A stretch of DNA of 64,000 nt from an uncultured Candidatus Babeliaceae bacterium (GTDB taxonomy: Bacteria; Babelota; Babeliae; Babelales; Babelaceae): NCBI GenBank assembly GCA_963704655.1, contig OY969927.1, positions 896,001 through 960,000 of the forward strand. Reading direction: 5' to 3'. The notes under the pieces are model-generated. The model searched no databases, was not told the origin of the DNA, and worked only from the letters and a program-made list of their open reading frames with translations. Both the position numbers and the translations under genes were made by a program. Positions 20,134-29,582 of this stretch are shown piece by piece; positions within the stretch are counted from its first letter, which is position 1, and each line of letters opens with the position of its first letter.

Positions 20134-21153
20134 TTATTTACATCTCCTACATTTACAATAATCTGCAGAGTCCCTAGTTATATAATCATAAGCACCAACA
20201 GCGATCATATTGCCTACTAATCCAGGTAATCCTCCAGAAAACGCTCCGGCAAGAATGAAGACTGTTCTACCTGAATTTTTATTATCGCGAGCTATTGATC
20301 GTTTTTTTTCAATAATTTTTTCTAAAATTTCTTTACGCGTAAGCTTAGAATCGAATATCTGGGTTTTATTGATTTCAGCTATGAGGTTTTCTAAATCACG
20401 AATACTCAATGTATTACTATGGTAGGCTAAACAACTAAACCACTGATCTGCAATATCGGCATCATAATCTTTAGAAAATTTTATCAACATTTTCTCGCGC
20501 ATTGCTTCGCCTGGGTTATCAATATGTATCTTATGATCTTCTTCAAAGCGACTTAGAAAAACACTGTTCAAATCATCGAATCGATTTGTGGTACAGACTA
20601 CAAAAATACGCGGGTCATTTTTAAATTTATCTAAATATTGCCATAATTCTTGCAAAGCTCTTTCATTATCAGATGCTGAATCGCCTTTTCCTGTTATAGC
20701 AATAGCATCAATTTCATCTATTAACATAACGATGGGTCGCCCACTTTCGACAACCTTATCTAAAGCTTTTTTAAATTCTTTTTTAATATTTTCAGAACCA
20801 CTCCCTTGAAATTTCGTAACGATTCCTGGAGCACTAATATGAACAAATTCACAATCAGCAGCATCTGCGATTTCTCTGGCTAATGTTGATTTTCCGTTTC
20901 CAGGGGGCCCATACAAAAGCAATCTATTTGACACAACTAATGGTTTTGTAAAAGATACTGGATCTACCTCTAATATTGATTTTGCTAATGGCCTACTTAA
21001 AGCTTTAATAATATAACTTATTTGTTTAAACTGTGAGCCAACTATCAATTCTGTCTTGACTTTGGAAGCCGTTACCTGTACTGTTTCAGATCGACTATAA
21101 GAAAAAAAATGTGTACACAATAACAAGAAAATCAAACACGCTGAATTTAACAT
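20134..21153 (-). CDS. Single-domain classical AAA+ ATPase with signal-peptide-like leader
   Basis: GPPGNGKS, MLIDEID, TTNR..LSRF; tandem paralog. Confidence 0.9.
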   Translation of the reverse strand: MLNSACLIFLLLCTHFFSYSRSETVQVTASKVKTELIVGSQFKQISYIIKALSRPLAKSILEVDPVSFTKPLVVSNRLLLYGPPGNGKSTLAREIADAADCEFVHISAPGIVTKFQGSGSENIKKEFKKALDKVVESGRPIVMLIDEIDAIAITGKGDSASDNERALQELWQYLDKFKNDPRIFVVCTTNRFDDLNSVFLSRFEEDHKIHIDNPGEAMREKMLIKFSKDYDADIADQWFSCLAYHSNTLSIRDLENLIAEINKTQIFDSKLTRKEILEKIIEKKRSIARDNKNSGRTVFILAGAFSGGLPGLVGNMIAVGAYDYITRDSADYCKCRRCK

Positions 21154-21250
21154 TATGGCCCATTCTAAATTTGATTCTTAAAAAAATAATAATTAAAAGA
21201 TACAAAAACATTGAAATAAAATCAATTAAGTAAAACAAAAAGATTAATTT

Positions 21251-23734
21251 ATGAAAAAAAATTATCAATTATTTCTATCTCTGATTTTTTTCACACTTTC
21301 TATCACTAATATCCTATCAAGATCTCAATTTAAAACTGCTACAAGTAGCTATGAAACTTACGCTCCTTCAACAGTGTTCACGGCTGGTGCGCTAATTTAT
21401 ACCGCCGCACAAGATTATTTTAAAGCACGTGGCTATTTATTCTCCACAAGCCAAGAAGTACAAGCTCAGATGCTCAAGATGTCGAATCAAGAATGGAAAT
21501 CTTTTGTTGAAACTAGTTTACTTAACGGCAAAAGCATAGAATCATTAACCTTTGCAGAACGACAAAAACTTTTTACAGCATATGAATTATATCAATATGA
21601 TGGCTACAGGCTATTAATGGCATCATTACCAGAATTCAAAAATTTTATATTGGGAAGCACCTACCAGCCAAGTAATGAGCAAAAGAAGTATTATAAAACT
21701 CCCATGCTCTACTCCAAGCAAAACCTTAAACTTATTTCTAGATACTATGATGGGAGGGTTACCCTAACTGGACAAGAAATTAATGACTTGCCTGATACCT
21801 TAAATGGTGAATCAATAGCCACTATTATCGGCAGGCAGGCCCCTAGGACATTTGGTGAATTTATGAATGAAGAAGCGGGTTATAGGACAAATTTACCTGC
21901 CCATTTTGACCCACGTCAACACCCTTTAGGATTATCAGCTGAAAAACAGCAAGAACTTGTTCGTGAGATAAAAAACAACTTTGCTGGCATACAAAATAAT
22001 AATTCTTTATTCGCCCCTCAAGTAGCAACGCAAGCGGATATTAAAGTTTTGCCTGTATTATCGCAAGATACATTACACATGTGCGAAGAAAAAAATATAG
22101 ATATTAACTTATTTTCCGCCACCTATGGAACAGTGGAGCAAAGTATTTTACATCAACAGTTTATTGATATCATTAACAAATCTGCAACAATCTATGTGCG
22201 TTATGAAAATTATAGTGAAGTTAAAAAATTAGCTCTTGGCGCAACACAATATAGTTTGGCAGGTATTTCACTTACCAAATCAAACAATATTCCCTTAGCA
22301 CAAGCTGCTCATAAAGCAGCAAGTTCTATTATTGCGCTCTTAGATGGCGTGCGTGAAGCTTGCGGCGATAAATTAAGCCAAGTTTGTAGTGCAGTAAGAA
22401 ACCCGGTGCAATTTGGGCGAGATATTGCAGATTTAGCACTCAATGCAAGCTCAGAAATTGCTATTTTTACTACGCAAGCACTTAATAACCCTGAAGTTCA
22501 AAAAACTATACTCACGATAATTGCCGATCCGCACCCTAGCTTTGCTATTAACTCAATTATTGCTACTAAAGTATGCAAAGAACTTGATACATACATGAAA
22601 ACACATACTATTGAACAGGCAGCTCATGCACTAGGAAAAGAAGCTACAGATCTCGTTCTTGATGCAATGATTTTTAATGCCGCCGGCAGAGCCGTTAAAA
22701 CTTTAAAAATCACCCAAAAATTAGGGTATGCAGGAAGACAAGCAGCAAAATTAGTCGGCTACTCGGTCATTAATAAAGCTGAAACTATAGAAAAAGCCAC
22801 ATTACTTTTAGCAGAAGCATCTCCAGAAGCTCTATCGGTCAACCCTATCGTACGCGCAGCCGTCGCTTCAGAAATTAAGTGTACACAGGCCATAAAAGAA
22901 ATAGGTTTTAAAACATTACCCAAAACAGTAACCCCTTTAGTTGAAGAATTAATCGCAGGCAATGGCCTTCCCAAATCATTTATTCCAAATACCAATACCT
23001 TAACTCTTGCACTTCAAGAAAATGGTGTTTACGAATTAAGCAAAACTGCAGACATTTTTGGAAATAAGTGGCAAAAAATCACAGCTGCCGGCGAAGAATT
23101 TTGGCAAATAACTCCGGCAAATAGCAAAGGAAGAGAATTCTTATTGCAGACCGAAAAAGAACTTATACAATCACCTGAAGCAATCTTTTCTGTTGAACCA
23201 ATTGTACCAACTCAAAGTCCTGTCTTTATCCCTGCTGTAATAACAGACGCAAACATGGGAATACCTCAAAAGACAGTCCGGATCGCAGAGTGTACTGAGA
23301 TAAAAGATGCACAATATATAACACTTCAAACAGGTGAAAGATGCCGCATCCCCTATCCAGAAAATGGCGTTACGAGGGAAATTGTATGGGGTCCTAAAAA
23401 ATATCAAGAAATTCGAGCTTTAAAAGATGACGTCGAAGTAATTGCACAAAATGTAAATATGCCCGTACATAAAATTCAACGAATTAAAAGTCATCTTTTT
23501 TATGACGACCATATTTTAAGAGATGGTAGCATTCGACCTTTTGACCCAAACTCTGAAATTGCAGCTGCCTGGGACCGTTTATACCGAGGCGACTTTGTTA
23601 AAAATGATATCCAACTATTAGAGCATGAATACTTTGAATCTAGATTTGAACGTTTATTTAAAACAGATTATGATACCGCCCACAAGGCAGCGCAAGATTT
23701 AAAAAGAGGCAGGCCTTGGGAATCTAACAAATAG
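21251..23734 (+). CDS. Putative secreted polymorphic toxin
   Basis: Signal peptide, Ala-rich helical middle, discrete C-terminal domain (YQEIR..DVEVIA..IKSHLF..FDP..AWDRL..LLEHEYFE..YDTAH), followed by small genes. Confidence 0.6.
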   Translation: MKKNYQLFLSLIFFTLSITNILSRSQFKTATSSYETYAPSTVFTAGALIYTAAQDYFKARGYLFSTSQEVQAQMLKMSNQEWKSFVETSLLNGKSIESLTFAERQKLFTAYELYQYDGYRLLMASLPEFKNFILGSTYQPSNEQKKYYKTPMLYSKQNLKLISRYYDGRVTLTGQEINDLPDTLNGESIATIIGRQAPRTFGEFMNEEAGYRTNLPAHFDPRQHPLGLSAEKQQELVREIKNNFAGIQNNNSLFAPQVATQADIKVLPVLSQDTLHMCEEKNIDINLFSATYGTVEQSILHQQFIDIINKSATIYVRYENYSEVKKLALGATQYSLAGISLTKSNNIPLAQAAHKAASSIIALLDGVREACGDKLSQVCSAVRNPVQFGRDIADLALNASSEIAIFTTQALNNPEVQKTILTIIADPHPSFAINSIIATKVCKELDTYMKTHTIEQAAHALGKEATDLVLDAMIFNAAGRAVKTLKITQKLGYAGRQAAKLVGYSVINKAETIEKATLLLAEASPEALSVNPIVRAAVASEIKCTQAIKEIGFKTLPKTVTPLVEELIAGNGLPKSFIPNTNTLTLALQENGVYELSKTADIFGNKWQKITAAGEEFWQITPANSKGREFLLQTEKELIQSPEAIFSVEPIVPTQSPVFIPAVITDANMGIPQKTVRIAECTEIKDAQYITLQTGERCRIPYPENGVTREIVWGPKKYQEIRALKDDVEVIAQNVNMPVHKIQRIKSHLFYDDHILRDGSIRPFDPNSEIAAAWDRLYRGDFVKNDIQLLEHEYFESRFERLFKTDYDTAHKAAQDLKRGRPWESNK

Positions 23735-23742
23735 GGAAAAGC

Positions 23743-24048
23743 ATGTACATTATTATGCATAAATTAAATGAAGATATATTGTATGTTACATACAAAATTG
23801 AAACGGATATTACCGCAGGACAATATATCAATGAACAAGGGAAAGAAAGAACTTCCTTTAAAACAATATTTGCTTATTGTAAGTTGAATAAACAGACTGA
23901 AGAGTTTTTTCTAGATATCAATAAAACTAATCCCTATTTTTTAGAACCGAATTCTCGAGAAATACGGCATGCGATGGCACAATTAATAAAAAGGGTCAGA
24001 GAGAAACAGCCATTTGAACAATCAATACACATTGCAACCGGGGGCTGA
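23743..24048 (+). CDS. Putative cognate immunity protein
   Basis: 101-aa ORF 8 nt after the toxin stop, with RBS. Confidence 0.5.
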   Translation: MYIIMHKLNEDILYVTYKIETDITAGQYINEQGKERTSFKTIFAYCKLNKQTEEFFLDINKTNPYFLEPNSREIRHAMAQLIKRVREKQPFEQSIHIATGG

Positions 24049-24063
24049 CAATATCAGTGCAGA

Positions 24064-24437
24064 ATGAATAAAACAGCTATTCCTTTTGAAGAGTTTGAAA
24101 AAGCGGTTATTCGAAAGATTCTTGAGAAGAAGAGTGATGTGAATGAAATATTATGGGAACAATATATGGCATCTCAAGTAATTAAAAGAAATTTTACTGG
24201 AGTTGGGTTTTTTACCGATTTTAAAATACCAAAGGATGTGCCCCATGCTACTGAATTAATCGATCGTAGCTATGAAGATGTGGTAGCAAGTATAAATGGG
24301 TAGCACTTTCGATTTTGGGTTTGTTTTTATTCTTAGAAGATGGCATCATCTCGTGTTTAGAGGGTTATACGTGGGCTGACGCATGGCCAGAAACTATAAA
24401 AAACTATGATCTGAAACATTCCGATAATATTCTTTAG
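24064..24437 (+). pseudogene. Frameshifted immunity-like gene
   Basis: RNFTGVGFFTDF ORF stops at 24303; the -1 frame continues LFLFLEDGIISCLEGYTWADAWPE..NIL* to 24437. Confidence 0.6.
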
Positions 24438-24511
24438 ACGCTATAAGTTATAGAATAAACAATGCATTTTCTACCCGCAACAAGCATGCTACTTAAAAAA
24501 ATGAAGGAATT

Positions 24512-25124
24512 ATGGAACATATTAAATCTATTTTACGTAATATTGAAAATAACCCAACTGAAGAAAATTCTATCGTATATTTTCCCGTATTGCGTGATTC
24601 AATTAACAATTCTTTAAAAGAGATACAACAATGCGATATATCAGAGCAAGCCGGTAATCAATTTAACCTATTAGAGGATATTGATTTTATTTTAACAAAA
24701 TTAACTTTTAAAGAAGTATCACTTCCAGAAGACTTAAAAAAAATTATTATTGACTTTGATCGCATAAACAGTCAAAAAATGGCGAGAATATTTATTTGAT
24801 AGAATTAAAAGTGAAAATTACTCTTTAAACAGCAAACCCCTACTATTAGATATAATTAATAATTTATTAGCAAAAATTGAATTTTGTGAAAATATTGAAA
24901 CTGCAAATATGTATTTTGATTTACTTCAAGATGCCCAATCGCGTGTATGCATTTTAGCTTTTGTAAAAAAAATAGAGGTATCCACTCAATTTTGGAAGTT
25001 TATTAAAGATTTCGATCGAATAGATGATAATGAATGGCGAGAATACCTATTTAATAAAATTAAAAAACACGAATATTCATTAGATGCGATACCAGCTTTA
25101 GATGAGCGGTTCTATAGCAAATAA
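24512..25124 (+). pseudogene. Frameshifted two-repeat immunity-like gene
   Basis: Removing one A from the A6 run (24774-24779) fuses ORFs 24512-24799 and 24909-25124 into one 203-aa frame with a duplicated DFDRI...WREYLF motif. Confidence 0.7.
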
Positions 25125-25165
25125 TAAGTATAGAAATTTTTATGTGGCTCTAAAGATAATAAAAC

Positions 25166-25531
25166 ATGGTAATCGTCAAAAAAATAACCCGATGTGGCGA
25201 TGGGTCTTGCCAAGAGGCCGACATTATCATTTCTGATGGGCAATTTGAAATATTGTGTTTTTGCCATCCCTGCTCATTGCAAGAAGGCCAAGAAATAACA
25301 TGGTCTCTTTACCCATTTAATGCAGATAATATTATGCGACCTTTTGAAAAAACTTATAAAGTGGAAAAAATTTTAAATGATTATTTTGCTTATAATTTCA
25401 TTGGTAAATTAATTGATAAAAAAAAGGGTATTGTTATTGTCGGCAAAATTAAATTTATGCTTGGTGGAATTCCACAAGATATTGAAGAATATGAGTTTAT
25501 ATCATTTAGCTGTTGCAGGGTTGATGTATAA
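25166..25531 (+). CDS. Hypothetical, immunity-like protein
   Basis: 121 aa, EADIIISDG..CFCHP, in the array downstream of the toxin. Confidence 0.6.
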   Translation: MVIVKKITRCGDGSCQEADIIISDGQFEILCFCHPCSLQEGQEITWSLYPFNADNIMRPFEKTYKVEKILNDYFAYNFIGKLIDKKKGIVIVGKIKFMLGGIPQDIEEYEFISFSCCRVDV

Positions 25532-25554
25532 ACTTTAAAAATCCCGCGGTAAAT

Positions 25555-25899
25555 ATGTCAAATTTTATTTTAAAAAACGATGTACCAATTTTACATTGCT
25601 CAAATTGGGCTTTGGAACTATTTCATGATTCTCTGAAAGCGGTAATCTATGAGCAAGGTTTGGAGAATAACAAAAAACTTATTAATTTTCTAGAAAAAAT
25701 CGATCAAGGTACCTATGGAAGAGGCTGTATTTATATTGAATTGAACGATTATTTTAATGATGATTTAGATAAATTACCCGTGCAGCTTCTTTATGATCTA
25801 ACAACTAAAACAATAGAAAAGATTGAACAACAATATTTTGGCGAATATCGAGAAAATTATTTAGCACTTTTAAATGGATTTAAAGACAAAATCTTATAA
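25555..25899 (+). CDS. Hypothetical, immunity-like protein
   Basis: 114-aa acidic ORF, last in the array. Confidence 0.55.
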   Translation: MSNFILKNDVPILHCSNWALELFHDSLKAVIYEQGLENNKKLINFLEKIDQGTYGRGCIYIELNDYFNDDLDKLPVQLLYDLTTKTIEKIEQQYFGEYRENYLALLNGFKDKIL

Positions 25900-25945
25900 C
25901 ATCAAAGTGAACTTTTTTAACTTAAATATTGCTTTAAATTCCCAA

Positions 25946-25971
25946 CACTTCGACTTCGCTCAGTGTGAGCG
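25946..25971. repeat. Family A repeat
   Basis: cacttcgacttcgctcagtgtgagcg. Confidence 0.75.
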
Positions 25972-26025
25972 ACGGCTGATGCCCCGTCCAGAAATTAAGA
26001 CATTTTTTCCCTTATAACCATTCTT

Positions 26026-26116
26026 TTCTGGGCAATTAAAATATAAAATTGTACACTTTACCCAACCATAAAACTTTATCTTTAAGGGCCCGCCATGAAT
26101 CCAGAAAAATTAAATA
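26026..26116 (+). repeat. Right copy of the glyA 5' duplication (functional glyA start)
   Basis: Matches 19023-19113. Confidence 0.92.
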
Positions 26117-27333
26117 TCGTTGATCCGGAAATTTTTTCGATCATTCAAAAAGAAGAAAATCGCCAACAGCATGAAATTGATCTTATAGCCTCAGAAAATT
26201 ATGCATCACAGGCTGTGCGCGAAGCAACCGGATCAGTTTTAACTAATAAATATGCAGAAGGTTATCCAGGAAAAAGATATTACGGCGGATGCGAATTTGT
26301 CGATATGGCAGAAAATCTTGCCATAGAGCGTTGTAAAAAAATATTCGGTGCCGATCATGTCAATGTGCAACCGCACGCAGGTTCACAGGCAAACATGAGC
26401 GCATACGCAGCACTTTTGCAACCGGGCGATACTATTTTAGGCATGGCACTTGCAGCTGGCGGCCACTTAACGCATGGACACGGCGTAAATTTTTCTGGTG
26501 GATTATATAAAGCGATACAATATGGCGTTAACGCAGAAACTGGGTTATTAGATTACGCTGAAATTGAAAAACTTGCCCACGAACATAAACCTAAATTGAT
26601 TATTGCAGGCGCTTCGGCGTATTCAAGAACTATCGATTTTGAACGCTTTGCTGATATTGCACAATCTGTCGGCGCATATTTTATGGCAGACATTGCCCAT
26701 ATTGCGGGCCTTGTAGCGGCCGGTTTACACCCAAGCCCAATTCCGTATGCTGATATTGTCACCAGCACAACGCATAAAACATTACGTGGCCCACGCGGTG
26801 GACTTATTATGTGCAAAGCACAACACGCATCTGCTGTTGACCGCTCTATTATGCCGGGCTTACAAGGCGGCCCTTTTATGAATAGCATTGCAGCAAAAGC
26901 GGTTGCATTTCATGAAGCACTACAGCCAGATTTTATTCATTATCAAAAACAAATTATAAAAAATGCGCACGCTATGGTAAAAGCAGCTTTAGAAAATGGC
27001 TTTGATATTGTTACCGGCGGCACAGATAACCATATGTTTATTATCGATTTACGTTCAAAAAAAGTTAACGGCCGTGTCGCAGAAGCTGCACTTGCTGCTG
27101 CGGGAATTTCTGTCAGCAGAAGTTGCATTCCAAATGATCCAGAAAAACCATGGATCACCAGCGGCATCCGCATCGGCACACCGGCAATTACCACACGCGG
27201 CATGCTTGAACTGCAGGCACATGAAATCATGAACCTTACGCACGAAGCTATAATTAATGCGCTTGTTCCTGAAAAATTAGCAGAAATAAAAAAACTGGTA
27301 CAAGAACTTTGTATACAATTTCCATTACAGTAG
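26095..27333 (+). CDS. glyA: Serine hydroxymethyltransferase
   Basis: [49 protein letters not shown]. Confidence 0.98.
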   Translation: MNPEKLNIVDPEIFSIIQKEENRQQHEIDLIASENYASQAVREATGSVLTNKYAEGYPGKRYYGGCEFVDMAENLAIERCKKIFGADHVNVQPHAGSQANMSAYAALLQPGDTILGMALAAGGHLTHGHGVNFSGGLYKAIQYGVNAETGLLDYAEIEKLAHEHKPKLIIAGASAYSRTIDFERFADIAQSVGAYFMADIAHIAGLVAAGLHPSPIPYADIVTSTTHKTLRGPRGGLIMCKAQHASAVDRSIMPGLQGGPFMNSIAAKAVAFHEALQPDFIHYQKQIIKNAHAMVKAALENGFDIVTGGTDNHMFIIDLRSKKVNGRVAEAALAAAGISVSRSCIPNDPEKPWITSGIRIGTPAITTRGMLELQAHEIMNLTHEAIINALVPEKLAEIKKLVQELCIQFPLQ

Positions 27334-27351
27334 AAAATTTGGCCGCATGGA

Positions 27352-27375
27352 TTCGACTTCGCTCACCACGAGCGG
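27352..27375. repeat. Family A repeat
   Basis: ttcgacttcgctcaccacgagcgg; its reverse complement occurs at 35983-36003. Confidence 0.75.
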
Positions 27376-27408
27376 CCGCTTCAAAAACTTAATTATTTAG
27401 GTAATGTT

Positions 27409-28380
27409 ATGAATAAACTTACTACGAGTGTTATTATCTGCACGCGTAATAGATTACAGGATGTGCTCACTTTTTTGCCGACATTAATTACGCAAACAGA
27501 ACCTGCAACTGAACTCATTTTTGTTGATAGCAGCACCGAGCCACTAGAAAATATTGCTGAATTTAAAGCGTTATTTAATACCCAAAATTTTCCGCACACA
27601 CATTTAGTCTACTTGCATACGCAACCGGGACTCACGTTTCAACGCAATTGTGGCATCGAAAAAGCAAAAGGGGATATTATCTTCTTTTTTGATGACGATG
27701 TAACACTCGATAATAATTATCTTGAAACCATGCGTAAAACGTATGAAAATAATCCAGATTATGCTGGCGGCATGGGGACAGTAACAAATCTTAAAGCTTA
27801 TAGTTTTAATCTCTATCGTATATTTAGGCTTCTCTTTTTACTTGATCGCAATGATTCATCAGGAAACTTCACCATTTCTGGTATGCCCACACATACGTAT
27901 GGCAATAGTAATTTTTCTCATGTTCAAGTTCTTGGCGGCTGTTGTATGAGCTTCAGATCTTGGGCATTACAACAACAAAAATTTGATGAAAAGCTGAGAT
28001 TTTATGGCTACATGGAAGACTGTGATATCTCAAAACGACTTTCGGATACTTACCCATTATTTTTTCAGCCTGCGGCTAAACTTGCGCATCATGAAAGCTC
28101 GCTTAATAGAGATAAATTAAAAAATAACCGTGCTATGTTTATCGCAAATTATAGTTATCTTTTTTTTAAAAATTTCTATCCTCAAGCTCGCTGGAAGATT
28201 CTTTTTTATTATTGGACGGTGCTTGGTCTTCTTCTTGAAGGAATACTGCGGATTGATAGAGAGGTATTTTTTGGTTATCTGTGGGGACTAAAGCATGTGT
28301 TACGCACGCGCGCAAAACAGCCTTATTGCCCAAATATATCAGTACAAAATAGACCGCATACGCCACAGCATAGCTCGTAA
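27409..28380 (+). CDS. GT2 glycosyltransferase (no signal peptide)
   Basis: SVIICTRNR, FFDDD, FDE..YMED. Confidence 0.9.
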   Translation: MNKLTTSVIICTRNRLQDVLTFLPTLITQTEPATELIFVDSSTEPLENIAEFKALFNTQNFPHTHLVYLHTQPGLTFQRNCGIEKAKGDIIFFFDDDVTLDNNYLETMRKTYENNPDYAGGMGTVTNLKAYSFNLYRIFRLLFLLDRNDSSGNFTISGMPTHTYGNSNFSHVQVLGGCCMSFRSWALQQQKFDEKLRFYGYMEDCDISKRLSDTYPLFFQPAAKLAHHESSLNRDKLKNNRAMFIANYSYLFFKNFYPQARWKILFYYWTVLGLLLEGILRIDREVFFGYLWGLKHVLRTRAKQPYCPNISVQNRPHTPQHSS

Positions 28381-29569
28381 AACAGCCGTAAATTCCATAA
28401 ATCGGAACAAGCGCAGAAGAAAGAGCTATATTTGTAAGTGCTGCTGCAACCATAGTAACTAAGAGATAATAGCTTTTTTTCTTAAATAAAATTATCGATG
28501 ACGTAAAATAAGTCCCCATCAAAAAAATATTTGCGATAAATACAACAAATGCACCGGGAATAGCGGCATAATAAATTTGTGGTAAAAAATAGAAAGCCAG
28601 TGGCCTTAACACTATATATCCAATAGAACCTGCAACAAAAAGTGCCGCCATACTCAGCCACATCAACCGTTTATTTCCAGACTCTGTGGTTTCTACGGTA
28701 TCTGTATTTTGATTAAATGCTGTCATGATTCTGGGCAAATAGGCACCGCTTAATGGATATAAAATAAGTAGATTAAAAAGTGGCGAAACATACTCTGCAA
28801 AAGAATATACGGCAATATCAGCAAGATCCGCATGCCATGCTAACACCCATCTATTACCTGATGCCAAGAGTAACCCCGCAATAACTGTGGGCATTAACGG
28901 CGCACCTTTTGACAATAAGCTGCCACTGTTTTTTACTCCACGCTGCAGATTAAAATATTCAAACAATTTCTTTGAATAATAAAGTTTTCCCGCATAACAA
29001 ACTATAACAAAATAGCTTATTAATTGGGCCAACATAACGAGTTCTATGCCAGCATTAAAAACATAAACCGCTATAACAGACACCACAAAAATAAAGATGG
29101 CAGAAACTGATTTTATTAAAGTTACATGCACGCTGCGTAATGTATACATAAGTGCCTGAAAAAAAAGCTCGGTAAAAAAGGTTAAAAAAGTAAGAACCAT
29201 AACACAGCAATAGATAAGCGGTGTGGCGCGCCCGGCAAAAAGATAGCTATTCAATAGCTTGAAACCAAACAGCGCGAATATAAAAAAAAACGCACTGAAT
29301 ACTAAATAGACAACAATGCTATCATTTACAAATTCTTTTCTCTCTCTTGAACAGAGATTAAAAAATTCGATCATAAAAAGTTGTCGCAACCCAAACGAGA
29401 TAACCGTTGATAATAAGAGTATTGTTGAAAATGATAAGCTTAAAAGCCCAACTTCCTGTGCAGGCATATGGTACATCAAAAACAGCATGAGGCCGATATT
29501 ACTCAGCTGTGCCAGCACTGAACCAAGACTATAGACCAAAAAATCTTTAATAAACTCGCGTGATATCAT
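28166..29569 (-). CDS. Wzx-like polysaccharide flippase (MOP family)
   Basis: About 12 TM segments, DFLVYSLGS start, NIALS..LVPIYGIYG. Confidence 0.8.
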   Translation of the reverse strand: MISREFIKDFLVYSLGSVLAQLSNIGLMLFLMYHMPAQEVGLLSLSFSTILLLSTVISFGLRQLFMIEFFNLCSRERKEFVNDSIVVYLVFSAFFFIFALFGFKLLNSYLFAGRATPLIYCCVMVLTFLTFFTELFFQALMYTLRSVHVTLIKSVSAIFIFVVSVIAVYVFNAGIELVMLAQLISYFVIVCYAGKLYYSKKLFEYFNLQRGVKNSGSLLSKGAPLMPTVIAGLLLASGNRWVLAWHADLADIAVYSFAEYVSPLFNLLILYPLSGAYLPRIMTAFNQNTDTVETTESGNKRLMWLSMAALFVAGSIGYIVLRPLAFYFLPQIYYAAIPGAFVVFIANIFLMGTYFTSSIILFKKKSYYLLVTMVAAALTNIALSSALVPIYGIYGCFTSYAVAYAVYFVLIYLGNKAVLRACVTHALVPTDNQKIPLYQSAVFLQEEDQAPSNNKKESSSELEDRNF

Positions 29570-29582
29570 CCGGGCATAACTT

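Larger units (their letters stand above)
19023..26116. mobile_element. 7.0-kb island bounded by direct repeats of the glyA 5' end; no integrase in the window
   Basis: Direct repeats offset by 7003 bp; accessory cargo (AAA ATPases, toxin/immunity-like genes). Confidence 0.65.

Noticed and set aside
19138-21153. AAA genes as ftsH or as an anti-phage ATPase system
   Set aside because: No HExxH protease domain; no partner nuclease or protease gene recognised
25921-26094. ZMP/ZTP or glycine riboswitch upstream of glyA
   Set aside because: Only a CTGGGCA fragment matches; no conserved 5' aptamer is visible, and the GC-rich part is a family A repeat
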